Shown: positions 36,868-46,471, counted from the stretch's first letter. The stretch is DNA of 64,000 bases from Bacteroidota bacterium (GCA_037130135.1 JBAXTO010000001.1:675061-739060), one strand, 5' to 3'. Made by a program: numbers and translations. The notes: generated by a model not told the origin, from the sequence alone.

Positions 36868-39300
36868 ATGAAAATTAACCTTAGCATTCTTCTTTTATTC
36901 TTATGTACAATAGTACATAGTCAAACTAATATATCTGGAATCATTAATAATTACAGTTCAGTTAGCAATATAAATTCTACTAGTTGTTATACGGATATAG
37001 CATTAAGCGACACCTCTAAATTTAGAGTGGGAACTAAGGTGATGATTATCCAAATGAAGGGAGCAAGTATTAATACTACTAATTCTGCTAGTTATGGCAA
37101 TTTAATCACTTATAATAATGCGGGGAATTATGAGTTTGCTACTATTATATCAAGATCTGGTAGTCTTGTGACTGTTTCACCCGCATTAAGTAGATCCTAT
37201 ACCATCAGCAATTTAGTGCAATTAGTCACGGTGCCACAATATACAAGTGCACGAGTAAATGGCTTATTAACTTGTGCCGATTGGGATGGATTAAAAGGTG
37301 GGATTTTAGTTTTTGAAACGAGTGGCAACTTACAAATTGATTCAACGATAAACACTACTGGTAAAGGATTTAAAGGAGGAAGAGTCAATCCGAATTTATT
37401 GGTTTGTGTCAATAATAATGAAGCAGGTTTCTTTTATAATTATACTTCCACTGTAGCTGCAGAAAAAGGAGAAGGCATATATATTCCAGCAGTTGGATAT
37501 GAATCAGGTAAAGGCATAAATATGAATGGCGGTGGTGGTGGTCAATGTAAAAATGGCGGTGGCGGCGGTGGTGCCAATGCAGGAAGAGGAGGTAATGGCG
37601 GGAAAGGATTTAATGTATTAAGTAATACTACCATACCAAGTGGTATAGGTGCTGATACTGTATGTTATAATCCTAGCATTAATAAATTATTTTTAGGAGG
37701 TGGTGGAGGAAGTGGTCATCAAGATGACCCATCGCCAATGGGAAGAGCAGGTGCAGATGGTGGTGGACTAATACTAATTATTGCTGATTCAATTAAAGGA
37801 TTAGCCATGGTAATAAATGATGGTGACTCTGCTGTGACAGCCGGCACAGATGGCGCTGGAGGTGGAGGTGCAGGAGGAACAACAGCATTATATGTAAATC
37901 ATATCTCTCCCAGTATTTTTTTTAGTAATAAAGGAGGGAAAGGGGGAAACAATAATGGCACCAATGCATTAGGCATAGAGACAGCTGGGTATTGTGTTGC
38001 TCCAGGTGGAGGAGGTGGTGGTGGTGTTATTTGGTTAAAAAATGTAATTGTTATCAGTAATAATATAAGTGGTGGGTTGACTGGTATTATTACAGCAACT
38101 TCTTCTCCCTGCTATAATACTGGATTTGGTGCTACCAATGGGGATATTGGATTAATTCGTACTGGGTTAATTCTACCTATATCATTGGGAAGCATATTCA
38201 GAGATTCAATATTAATTAATGCTTGTAATGGTGATACGATTATTTATAATGGGATTAATTATTATACCGATTCAATGTGGAATGATACAATCAATTCAAT
38301 TTTAGTATGTGATACAATTCATACTATTAATATAGATTTTTTGAATTGTGATTCTTTAATAATTATAAATTTCAATAATTCAATTTGCACTGGGGACTCA
38401 ATAATAATAGCAGGTAGATATCGATTTATTAGTGGTATATATTATGATACGATTATAACAACAACTCATTTTGATACACTTTACATCTTTCATTTAAACA
38501 CAATAAATTGTGATACCATAGGCTATTTTACAAACATCAATAAAACCATTTGTAATGGGGATTCCCTCCTTATTGATGGAATATATAGGAATACTTCTGG
38601 AATTTATTATGATACTATTAATGCTCACACAAATTTTGATACTTTAATAACATATACTCTAAACACAATAAATTGTGATACTTTTAAGTATATTATATCC
38701 GTTTACGATACTTTATGTATTGGAGATTCAATTTATATTGAGAATGGTTTTATATTCGTTAATGGCGTTTATTATGATTCAATAAATGCACATACAATCG
38801 AAGACACTCTAAAGATTCATACAATTTCATTTTTTGATTGCGATTCATTCACTTATAAAATAGTTGAACGCGACACTTTATGTATAGGAGATTCAATCAT
38901 TATTAATAACTCATATATATTTGTAACAGGTATCTATCTAGACACTATCAACACCTTAAATAATGAGGATAGTATCATTACTAAATATCTATTTTTTATA
39001 GATTGTGATTCTAATGAAGAATGCAAAATTATAACCCCAACTGGATTTACTCCAAATAACGATGGGTACAATGATTTATTTAGAGCTTATTCCAATTGTG
39101 TTATAAATAACTTTTCACTTTCTATATTTAATAGATGGGGTGAATTGATATTTCAGACGAATGACATCAATGAAAGTTGGGATGGCTTATATAAAAATAG
39201 AGAGTGTACAGTGGGTGTATATAGCTGGGTAGTACAAGTTCAGTTTCTTAATGTAGATCATCAAAATTTATTCAAAGGAAATGTTACATTGATTAGGTAA
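36868..39300 (+). CDS. T9SS type-B cargo: N-terminal domain, polyglycine-run module, 5 x ~55-aa Cys-framed repeats and a type-B CTD
   Basis: 810 aa with a signal peptide and Gly runs (G5, G6, G5, G4, G7) within aa ~135-410. Repeats run aa 446-714 (C.GDS...G.Y.DT....DTL......CD). CTD: TPTGFTPNNDGYNDLF...FNRWGELIFQTNDINESWDG...GNVTLIR. Confidence 0.75.
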   Translation: MKINLSILLLFLCTIVHSQTNISGIINNYSSVSNINSTSCYTDIALSDTSKFRVGTKVMIIQMKGASINTTNSASYGNLITYNNAGNYEFATIISRSGSLVTVSPALSRSYTISNLVQLVTVPQYTSARVNGLLTCADWDGLKGGILVFETSGNLQIDSTINTTGKGFKGGRVNPNLLVCVNNNEAGFFYNYTSTVAAEKGEGIYIPAVGYESGKGINMNGGGGGQCKNGGGGGGANAGRGGNGGKGFNVLSNTTIPSGIGADTVCYNPSINKLFLGGGGGSGHQDDPSPMGRAGADGGGLILIIADSIKGLAMVINDGDSAVTAGTDGAGGGGAGGTTALYVNHISPSIFFSNKGGKGGNNNGTNALGIETAGYCVAPGGGGGGGVIWLKNVIVISNNISGGLTGIITATSSPCYNTGFGATNGDIGLIRTGLILPISLGSIFRDSILINACNGDTIIYNGINYYTDSMWNDTINSILVCDTIHTINIDFLNCDSLIIINFNNSICTGDSIIIAGRYRFISGIYYDTIITTTHFDTLYIFHLNTINCDTIGYFTNINKTICNGDSLLIDGIYRNTSGIYYDTINAHTNFDTLITYTLNTINCDTFKYIISVYDTLCIGDSIYIENGFIFVNGVYYDSINAHTIEDTLKIHTISFFDCDSFTYKIVERDTLCIGDSIIINNSYIFVTGIYLDTINTLNNEDSIITKYLFFIDCDSNEECKIITPTGFTPNNDGYNDLFRAYSNCVINNFSLSIFNRWGELIFQTNDINESWDGLYKNRECTVGVYSWVVQVQFLNVDHQNLFKGNVTLIR

Positions 39301-40818
39301 TTATTTTAAAAAAAACAGTCTAAATCTTTGTAAAATACTCGACATTAGATTTCTTATCTCATCTGAAATATTTACAGTAAATAACATTAGAATATAAATA
39401 CTTGAAAGTATGGTTACATTAATAATAATACCAATAATGTTATTACTACTACTTGGTAAAAAGTATATAATAATATAAGATAAAAGTAATATTAATGTAA
39501 TTTTTAATGAAACAATTGAAAAAGGTAATATTTTATATTTGATGAAAATAAAAATAGTGATTATCATTTGATATATAAAAATAGAGATTGCTGTTGAAAT
39601 TGCTGCCCCTAATATACCATACTTAGGTATAAATAAATAAGCAGTAAATATGGTAAAAATGCCTAAAATTAATTGAAAAAATAATGAGTATTTATAGTAT
39701 TTAGAATTATTTACAATTACTAAATTTATAGATGTTACTGAATCGAATAATTTTGAAACTCCAAGTAATAATAAAACATATTTACCAGCAATAAATTCAT
39801 TCCCATTAGGCATAATACCAAAAATATTATCTGCATTACACCATATACATAAAAAGATATATGTAGCAATAAAGTATAGTGTATTTGAAGTTTTTTTATA
39901 TAAAACTTTTACTTTATTTAAATCATCAATATTTAATGCTTCACTTATAATAGGTGTTGTAATACTAAGTAAAGATCGTGCAGGCATTTCAATCATTGTA
40001 ATTATGAAAAGAGATGTTGTGTATACACCATTTTTGCTTAAACCATTTGCAGTACTACTTAGTATAAATGAATCTAATTTATTAGCTAATATACTACCCA
40101 TTACTCCCAACACAAGAAAAAACCCATATATGAGTATTTGTTTAGAATCTTCATAATTAGGGAACAATAATAATTTATAATCAAATACATTATTAGAATA
40201 TTTTATTACATAATATACAAGAGCTATAGTATTTATAAGCACTATTATCAATTGAAATACCATTAATGTATTAAATGTTATTACATCATGATAATAAAGT
40301 AAAATACTAATTATTATTAATATCCTGTTTGAAATTTCTTTTAAAAACTTTGGAAAGCTTATTTTTAAGAGATTATTTGAAAATGCCTCGAATAAAAATT
40401 GAATAACTGAAAGAAATATTAAAGGAAAAAATATTATTGTGTATTTAAATAATATTTGGGAATTCTCATTATAAAATGTAAAAATAGAATCTCTAAAAAA
40501 ATAAAAACAGGCTATTAATAGTATATACCCTATTAAAGCATAAAATAAAACAATGGAAAATAAACTGTTTACTCTTTTTGTATCATTTGAGAATTTGGGA
40601 TAAAAGTACATTAATGAATATGAGCCACCAAACATTGCAATAGAAGCAAAAAAAAGGGCTGAATCATTAATAAGTCTCATTAAACCAATTTGTTCGCTCG
40701 ACAAATATTTAGGCATAATGAAAACCACTATTAACATTCCTAAAAATGCTCCTAAATATGAAATGATTGTACCTTTTATAGATTCATTTTTAATAAGGCT
40801 CATATTACAAAAGTACAT
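39301..40818 (-). CDS. Wzx-like polysaccharide/oligosaccharide flippase (MOP superfamily)
   Basis: 505 aa with about 14 TM segments and an N-terminus typical of the 'polysaccharide biosynthesis protein' family (GTIISYLGAFLGMLIVVFIMPKYLSSEQIGL). It is extremely AT-rich, and its stop codon directly abuts the stop of the convergent cargo gene. Confidence 0.7.
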   Translation of the reverse strand: MYFCNMSLIKNESIKGTIISYLGAFLGMLIVVFIMPKYLSSEQIGLMRLINDSALFFASIAMFGGSYSLMYFYPKFSNDTKRVNSLFSIVLFYALIGYILLIACFYFFRDSIFTFYNENSQILFKYTIIFFPLIFLSVIQFLFEAFSNNLLKISFPKFLKEISNRILIIISILLYYHDVITFNTLMVFQLIIVLINTIALVYYVIKYSNNVFDYKLLLFPNYEDSKQILIYGFFLVLGVMGSILANKLDSFILSSTANGLSKNGVYTTSLFIITMIEMPARSLLSITTPIISEALNIDDLNKVKVLYKKTSNTLYFIATYIFLCIWCNADNIFGIMPNGNEFIAGKYVLLLLGVSKLFDSVTSINLVIVNNSKYYKYSLFFQLILGIFTIFTAYLFIPKYGILGAAISTAISIFIYQMIITIFIFIKYKILPFSIVSLKITLILLLSYIIIYFLPSSSNNIIGIIINVTILSSIYILMLFTVNISDEIRNLMSSILQRFRLFFLK

Positions 40819-40876
40819 ATAATTAATTACCTTTGTTATTCATATGTATCCAAGAATCAAATTTTAATTATTATTA

Positions 40877-41923
40877 ATGCTATATTCTGTATTAAAAAGT
40901 CTTATCCATTTCCCTTTATTTAAAGATGATAAACAACCTTTTTATCATCATAGCCCTGAAGTATTAAAACAAGTAGCTGTTCTTAATAACAAGATTAAAA
41001 CGAAAGAATATAAGCATATTATCAATAATTGTTTATGTGGAAATAAACATCCTGAAAAAGATATTTTATTGGCTCAAAAAGATATGTTTGGTATCACTTT
41101 AGACTCCTTGATATGTTCTCAATGTGGTCTAGTTCGAAGTAAAGAAATATTAGATGATGAAAGCACTGCTAAGTTCTATACTTATGAGTATAAGTCTATT
41201 TTCTATCACATGAGTGAACCTAATAATGAGCATTTTGAAGGTGAATGTGAAAGAGGAGAGCAGTTCTTCAATCTACTTAAAGAGCAAAATTTGTTAGATA
41301 AAATTGAAACTGTTTTTGAAAGTGGATGTGGAATGGGAGGTAATATGTACCCGTTACTCAAAGCGCAAAAGAAATGTAGTGGATGTGACTTTGCCAAAGA
41401 CTATATCGAATTCGGCAGACAAAAAGGATTTGATTTATATGAAGGAGAATTAAGCGACCAACATACATTAGATGATTCTCAAGATTTAATTATTCTTTCA
41501 CATGTAATGGAGCATTTTAATGAACCTATTAAAGAAATGCAAAAACTTATTAGAAAGATTAAAAAAGGTAAATATATTTTAATTGAAGTGCCTGGTATGT
41601 TTGCAGATAACCCCTATAAATATTACCCAATCAGACACCTACAAAAAGCACATGTATATAATTTCTTCTATGCTGACTTTTTAAAATTATTTATGGAAAG
41701 ATTAGGATTACAGGTTATTTATATAAATGAAAGATGTACCCTTATCGCTCAAAAACCTGAAGATTATAAAGAGAAAGACATTAACAAAGATATATATACT
41801 TCTAATTTATCAAAATATCCAAATTTGATTAAAAATCTTTTTTTAGAGAATTATATCAAACATGAAATTTTATCATTACGTTCAAATATGTTTTTACGTA
41901 AAGTATTAAATCTTTTCAAATAA
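40877..41923 (+). CDS. class I SAM-dependent methyltransferase with an N-terminal CxC...CxxC zinc-ribbon-like segment
   Basis: 348 aa with CLCG...CSQCG followed by motif I VFESGCGMGGN and the ILSHVMEHF motif. Confidence 0.7.
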   Translation: MLYSVLKSLIHFPLFKDDKQPFYHHSPEVLKQVAVLNNKIKTKEYKHIINNCLCGNKHPEKDILLAQKDMFGITLDSLICSQCGLVRSKEILDDESTAKFYTYEYKSIFYHMSEPNNEHFEGECERGEQFFNLLKEQNLLDKIETVFESGCGMGGNMYPLLKAQKKCSGCDFAKDYIEFGRQKGFDLYEGELSDQHTLDDSQDLIILSHVMEHFNEPIKEMQKLIRKIKKGKYILIEVPGMFADNPYKYYPIRHLQKAHVYNFFYADFLKLFMERLGLQVIYINERCTLIAQKPEDYKEKDINKDIYTSNLSKYPNLIKNLFLENYIKHEILSLRSNMFLRKVLNLFK

Positions 41924-41954
41924 CATTTTCATATAATATCATATAAAATACAAT

Positions 41955-42656
41955 ATGCGCAAACTTGTAAATATCCTCTTTTTCTACTACCCTAAAAACG
42001 TTAGAGATTTATTATACTTCGAACTATTTTCATTCTTTGGTAGAATGTTCACAGGTCGCTTAAAACTCGATAAAAACAAAAAAAACTTAATCAATCTTGG
42101 ATGTGGAGATATCATTGCCAAAGATTTTATCAATATCGATTTTTATAATATGCGTGGCTTAGATTATATGGCTGATTTACGTTATCCTCTTAAAATTGAT
42201 GATGAAACCATAGATGGTATTATATGCGAACATACCATGGAACATCTTACCTATGCCGATGATGATAAACTGATGGCTGAATGTTACCGAATCATGAAAA
42301 AAGATGCTGTCATTCGTATTATTCTTCCGGATGTATCCTTATTCTGCGAGCACTATGTAGCCAATGACCGCAAATGGTTTGATGATTGGAGAAAAGTAAT
42401 GATTGAAGAAGGTACTACCGAAGAACGTAGAAGCAAATTTATGAGTACGCCTATGTCGGCTATCAGTTTTGTAACTCAAGAATACGGACATGTATCTTGC
42501 TGGGATAGAGAAACCTTAGAATTCTATTTAAGTAAAAATAAATTTAGAGATATTAAAATCTGTGCCTATAAACAAGGCCGTATGTCCGAACTACTGATCG
42601 ATAGAGATGATAACGGTCGTAAGCATGTTTCTATATTTATTGAAGCAGTAAAATAA
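41955..42656 (+). CDS. class I SAM-dependent methyltransferase (Methyltransf_11/23-like)
   Basis: 233 aa with LINLGCGD and ICEHTMEHLTYADDDKLMAECYRIMKKDAVIRIILPD. Confidence 0.7.
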   Translation: MRKLVNILFFYYPKNVRDLLYFELFSFFGRMFTGRLKLDKNKKNLINLGCGDIIAKDFINIDFYNMRGLDYMADLRYPLKIDDETIDGIICEHTMEHLTYADDDKLMAECYRIMKKDAVIRIILPDVSLFCEHYVANDRKWFDDWRKVMIEEGTTEERRSKFMSTPMSAISFVTQEYGHVSCWDRETLEFYLSKNKFRDIKICAYKQGRMSELLIDRDDNGRKHVSIFIEAVK

Positions 42657-42668
42657 TTTTTCTTCTTA

Positions 42669-44759
42669 CTACTTCAGAAAATAATTTTGCTCGCTGTGTT
42701 TGAGCAAATCTTCTTTATTAAAATATACAGGCTTACAATTCTTCGATACATATAAATTCATTTGATCGGTATAATGCTTCGAATTTGGATGTGACGAAAT
42801 ACCAAAAGGCAACATACTTTCACATGACATTAATCCTTCTTTGTTAAATCGGGCAAACTGCAAATAACTATCTCCAATATAGGCTTGAAAAACTCCTTCT
42901 TTATTAGGCTTTGAGTAAGAGGCCTGTAACATATCAGGAAACCCTACCGATGGGGTACTTACAGTTCCTCTTATCTGTCTACATAAAGTACCATAGGTGA
43001 CATGATCCGTATGAAAATATTTCATCAAATGTGCTTTGGTCATTCGAATATACTTGATCCATTCTGCTTCTGTACAAGAAATACCCGTTAAGAATATATC
43101 TGAACCATAATGCTTATCATCAAACATAAAATGAAAAGTACTGATTGAAATAGCCGCCGCTATACTATTTGTATCCAATACTTTATTCCAGGTTTGTAGC
43201 TGTTCAATTTCATAGGCAACATCCGGATATTTGGTTTTATCTAAGGCCAACATAGGTTGAATACTTTTTAAAAAAGCGCCACTGGATGGATAGCTTGCAT
43301 CGTATTTTATATTTTTAAATTGTGTAAAATCAAAGGTTGGATGCGTTTGTATCAATTCCATAAAACGTAAACTACGATTATTCTCAGTAATACGATAATT
43401 GGCTTCTTTAGGGTATTTTATATGATCGGTACTATCAGGCATATTGGACGGACAAGTGCATGTAAACTCTGAATTATTGGTATTAAATACATAGCCACAT
43501 GTGGGGTCTTTTACTTGTGGTAATTGTGCTACAGGGATAAAGCTCGTCCACAAACAATTCGGATTATTTCCATCCAATGGTTTAGTATAATCAAAGCCTT
43601 TAGTACGTTGAGGAATTTGAGCATTATCTAAATACATCAAGTGATCTTCCTTATCTACGTACAAGATATTATATCGCGGCAAGCCTTGCAACTCAATAGC
43701 CTTATACCATTGATCAAAATTTTGTGCTTTATTCATTTGATATAATTGTTCATTGGCTTTAACATTGAATAAGGCACCACATCTTACGGCGTAATAATTT
43801 CCATTTTTAGAAGTATATACTGGACCATGAATAGAAGTATATGTTTTTTTATGAATAGTAAGTAAGGAGCCTGCAATCTTTACTTTTAGTGCTATATCTA
43901 CTTCATGTAATGGCAACCATTCATTATTGAATTGATAATATATTTTTTTAGCTACAGTTCTAGTGGTGAGTTCATATACATCCGTTAAATCTAATGAGTT
44001 AAAAGTCATGGTCCATCCTAGATTAGGCGTATTTCCTATAGCTATAGAAGCCCCTGCAAAAAACAAACAACCATGTACGTCGAGTCCTTCATCACTTTTC
44101 AAATGAGCTTCATACCAACTAAATGGACCTTCCAATGGTTGATGAGGATTGGCACACATATACGATGAACCATCTGTCGTTTTTGCACTGGTGAAACCAT
44201 AAAAATTAGAGCCTTGATGACTCATGGGTGCATCATATTTTCCTTTTAGTATGCGCTCTACATCTTTTTGTATATACTGCATATAACAACAGATAAACAT
44301 CGTTCCTTGTACATATTGTTTTACCGTTACAGGAAAAGCATCTTTTAACATGCACTCTGTTGGATGTGCTGCAGCATAAGCATTAAGACCTTGTACATAA
44401 CCCTCTAAATACGCTTTATATGCATCGCTAAAACTCTTTTCATACAAGGTATCTACGCGTTCTTTTAATTGTAAACTTTTCACTAAAAAATCGCGTTTTG
44501 CTCCATCCACTCCTTTCACTTCTCCATATCTGCCTATTCCTGTCAATACCGTTTCTTGCATCACATCAAAAGCATCTTCGGCATTGGCCCATGCCAAGCC
44601 ATACGCTACTTGTGCATCTGTTGGGGCATATATATAGGGCGTTCCGTAAGTATCACGAATGATTTGAATGTGAGTAGGGTCAACAGGTTGATTGGCACAA
44701 ATAATTTGTGAACTTCCTACTAATAAGCAGAAAGAAAGAAAACGAAAAAGATTTTGCAT
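42669..44759 (-). CDS. penicillin acylase-family Ntn hydrolase (possible acyl-homoserine-lactone/beta-lactam acylase)
   Basis: 696 aa with a signal peptide and an alpha/beta-chain layout. The candidate autoprocessing nucleophile is at HQGS-NFYGF. Confidence 0.8.
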   Translation of the reverse strand: MQNLFRFLSFCLLVGSSQIICANQPVDPTHIQIIRDTYGTPYIYAPTDAQVAYGLAWANAEDAFDVMQETVLTGIGRYGEVKGVDGAKRDFLVKSLQLKERVDTLYEKSFSDAYKAYLEGYVQGLNAYAAAHPTECMLKDAFPVTVKQYVQGTMFICCYMQYIQKDVERILKGKYDAPMSHQGSNFYGFTSAKTTDGSSYMCANPHQPLEGPFSWYEAHLKSDEGLDVHGCLFFAGASIAIGNTPNLGWTMTFNSLDLTDVYELTTRTVAKKIYYQFNNEWLPLHEVDIALKVKIAGSLLTIHKKTYTSIHGPVYTSKNGNYYAVRCGALFNVKANEQLYQMNKAQNFDQWYKAIELQGLPRYNILYVDKEDHLMYLDNAQIPQRTKGFDYTKPLDGNNPNCLWTSFIPVAQLPQVKDPTCGYVFNTNNSEFTCTCPSNMPDSTDHIKYPKEANYRITENNRSLRFMELIQTHPTFDFTQFKNIKYDASYPSSGAFLKSIQPMLALDKTKYPDVAYEIEQLQTWNKVLDTNSIAAAISISTFHFMFDDKHYGSDIFLTGISCTEAEWIKYIRMTKAHLMKYFHTDHVTYGTLCRQIRGTVSTPSVGFPDMLQASYSKPNKEGVFQAYIGDSYLQFARFNKEGLMSCESMLPFGISSHPNSKHYTDQMNLYVSKNCKPVYFNKEDLLKHSEQNYFLK

Positions 44760-44931
44760 AAGTATTGAGTGTAATGACGACCTAAGATAATGATAAAAAA
44801 ATTAAATTTAAAGAAAGCTATAATTACTATACAAAAATATAGTTCAGTAATACAATGCTATTAGTAAAAAAGATAAAATATAAATATGAAAAAAATATGG
44901 AGTAAATCAATATAGCAAATGCTTCAACTTT

Positions 44932-45678
44932 CTAAGGACGTTTTTTATAATCATTAAAAAAACTATTCCACTGCATGGCTACCACACCCACGATAGCTTC
45001 TTTGATAATGCCTTTGCTCATTTTAGATACGCCTTCAATTCGATCCACAAATAATATCGGCACTTCTTTTAATTTGAAACCTAATTTGTAAGCTGCAAAT
45101 TTCACTTCAATTTGAAAACCATATCCAACATAACCTATCTTATTAAAATCGATGCTATCAATCACTTTTCGTTTATAACAAACAAAACCTGCTGTACTAT
45201 CTTTAATGCCTATCCAAGTGATTAGCCTTACATAAACTGAACCACCATACGAAATTAATTTTCTACTAAATGGCCAGTTTTTAATATCACCACCTTTCAC
45301 ATATCTCGAACCTATCGACATATCAGCTCCATCTATTCTACAAGCATCTAATAAACGAATTAAATCATCCGGATTATGACTAAAATCACAATCCATTTCC
45401 ATGATATAATCATAGTTTTGTTCTAAGGCCCATCTGAAACCAGTGATATAAGCTGTGCCTAATCCTAATTTTCCTGTTCGTTCGATTAGAAATAGTTTAT
45501 CAATATATTTTTCTTGTATTTTTTTGACAATACTTGCCGTGCCATCTGGAGAACCATCATCGATAATCAACAAATGAAAAGGATAACTTAAAGAGAAAAC
45601 TTTTTCAATCATTTTCTCAATATTTTCCTTCTCGTTATAGGTGGGAATGATAACTATTGTTTTTTCAGTGGCATTCAT
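44932..45678 (-). CDS. GT2 polyprenol-phosphate mannosyltransferase (Dpm1-like)
   Basis: 248 aa with IIPTYNEKENI and IIDDGSPDGT ... MDCDFSHNP motifs. Confidence 0.85.
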   Translation of the reverse strand: MNATEKTIVIIPTYNEKENIEKMIEKVFSLSYPFHLLIIDDGSPDGTASIVKKIQEKYIDKLFLIERTGKLGLGTAYITGFRWALEQNYDYIMEMDCDFSHNPDDLIRLLDACRIDGADMSIGSRYVKGGDIKNWPFSRKLISYGGSVYVRLITWIGIKDSTAGFVCYKRKVIDSIDFNKIGYVGYGFQIEVKFAAYKLGFKLKEVPILFVDRIEGVSKMSKGIIKEAIVGVVAMQWNSFFNDYKKRP

Positions 45679-45776
45679 ACGCAGGCGCTAAATTAGAATA
45701 ATTTTATGAATTTATTGCTGTATGAATTCTACCTAAAACTAATTAATATATTTTAACTTTATAACTTCATAAGCAA

Positions 45777-45995
45777 ATGGATAAACATATATTAGAACAA
45801 ATCGTAAGTACTCCAATGCCCTTTGGCAAGTATAAAGGCACTTTAATCTATCAATTACCTATTTCTTATTTAGAATGGTTTATTCGAAAAGATGGTTTTC
45901 CTCCAGGCAATCTGGGTAAACAATTAGCCACCATTTATGAAATAAAATTAAATGGTTTAATGTATTTACTTAATCCACTTATAGAAAAAAAATGA
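45777..45995 (+). CDS. DUF3820-family small protein
   Basis: 72 aa with the MPFGKYKGTLIYQLPISYLEWF motif typical of DUF3820. Confidence 0.6.
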   Translation: MDKHILEQIVSTPMPFGKYKGTLIYQLPISYLEWFIRKDGFPPGNLGKQLATIYEIKLNGLMYLLNPLIEKK

Positions 45996-46471
45996 AGACA
46001 AGAAGTATAGCTGAAATCAAAAAAGAATTACAACATATCGATAAGCAAGAATTGATTGATCATTGTCTTCGCTTAGCCAAATATAAAACAGATAATAAAG
46101 GACTTCTATCCTACTTATTATTTAATCAGCAGCAATTGCAAGATGCCTTAGTGGAAATGAAAGAGCAGTTGAGTATTGATTTTAGTGAAGTGCCGCCTTT
46201 AGATAAACATTATTCAAAAAAAAGTATTCGTAAAGTGCTGCGTACTACTTTAAAATATGCGAAGTATATTCAACAAACAGAAATTGAAATTGAATTATTG
46301 ATTCATTTTTGTAAAGAGTATAAAAAAAGAGGATTAAGCTTTTCTCATCAACCCATCATCTTAAATATCTATTTTGCTCAAATCAAAAAAATAGAAAAGT
46401 TGATTGCAAGTTTACATGAAGATTTGCAATACGATTACAATAAAGAAGTGGAAGCTTTAATGTTGCTTTAA
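45992..46471 (+). CDS. hypothetical helical protein, translationally coupled to the DUF3820 gene
   Basis: 159 aa. It has an ATGA start/stop overlap with the upstream gene. No family recognised. Confidence 0.45.
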   Translation: MKTRSIAEIKKELQHIDKQELIDHCLRLAKYKTDNKGLLSYLLFNQQQLQDALVEMKEQLSIDFSEVPPLDKHYSKKSIRKVLRTTLKYAKYIQQTEIEIELLIHFCKEYKKRGLSFSHQPIILNIYFAQIKKIEKLIASLHEDLQYDYNKEVEALMLL

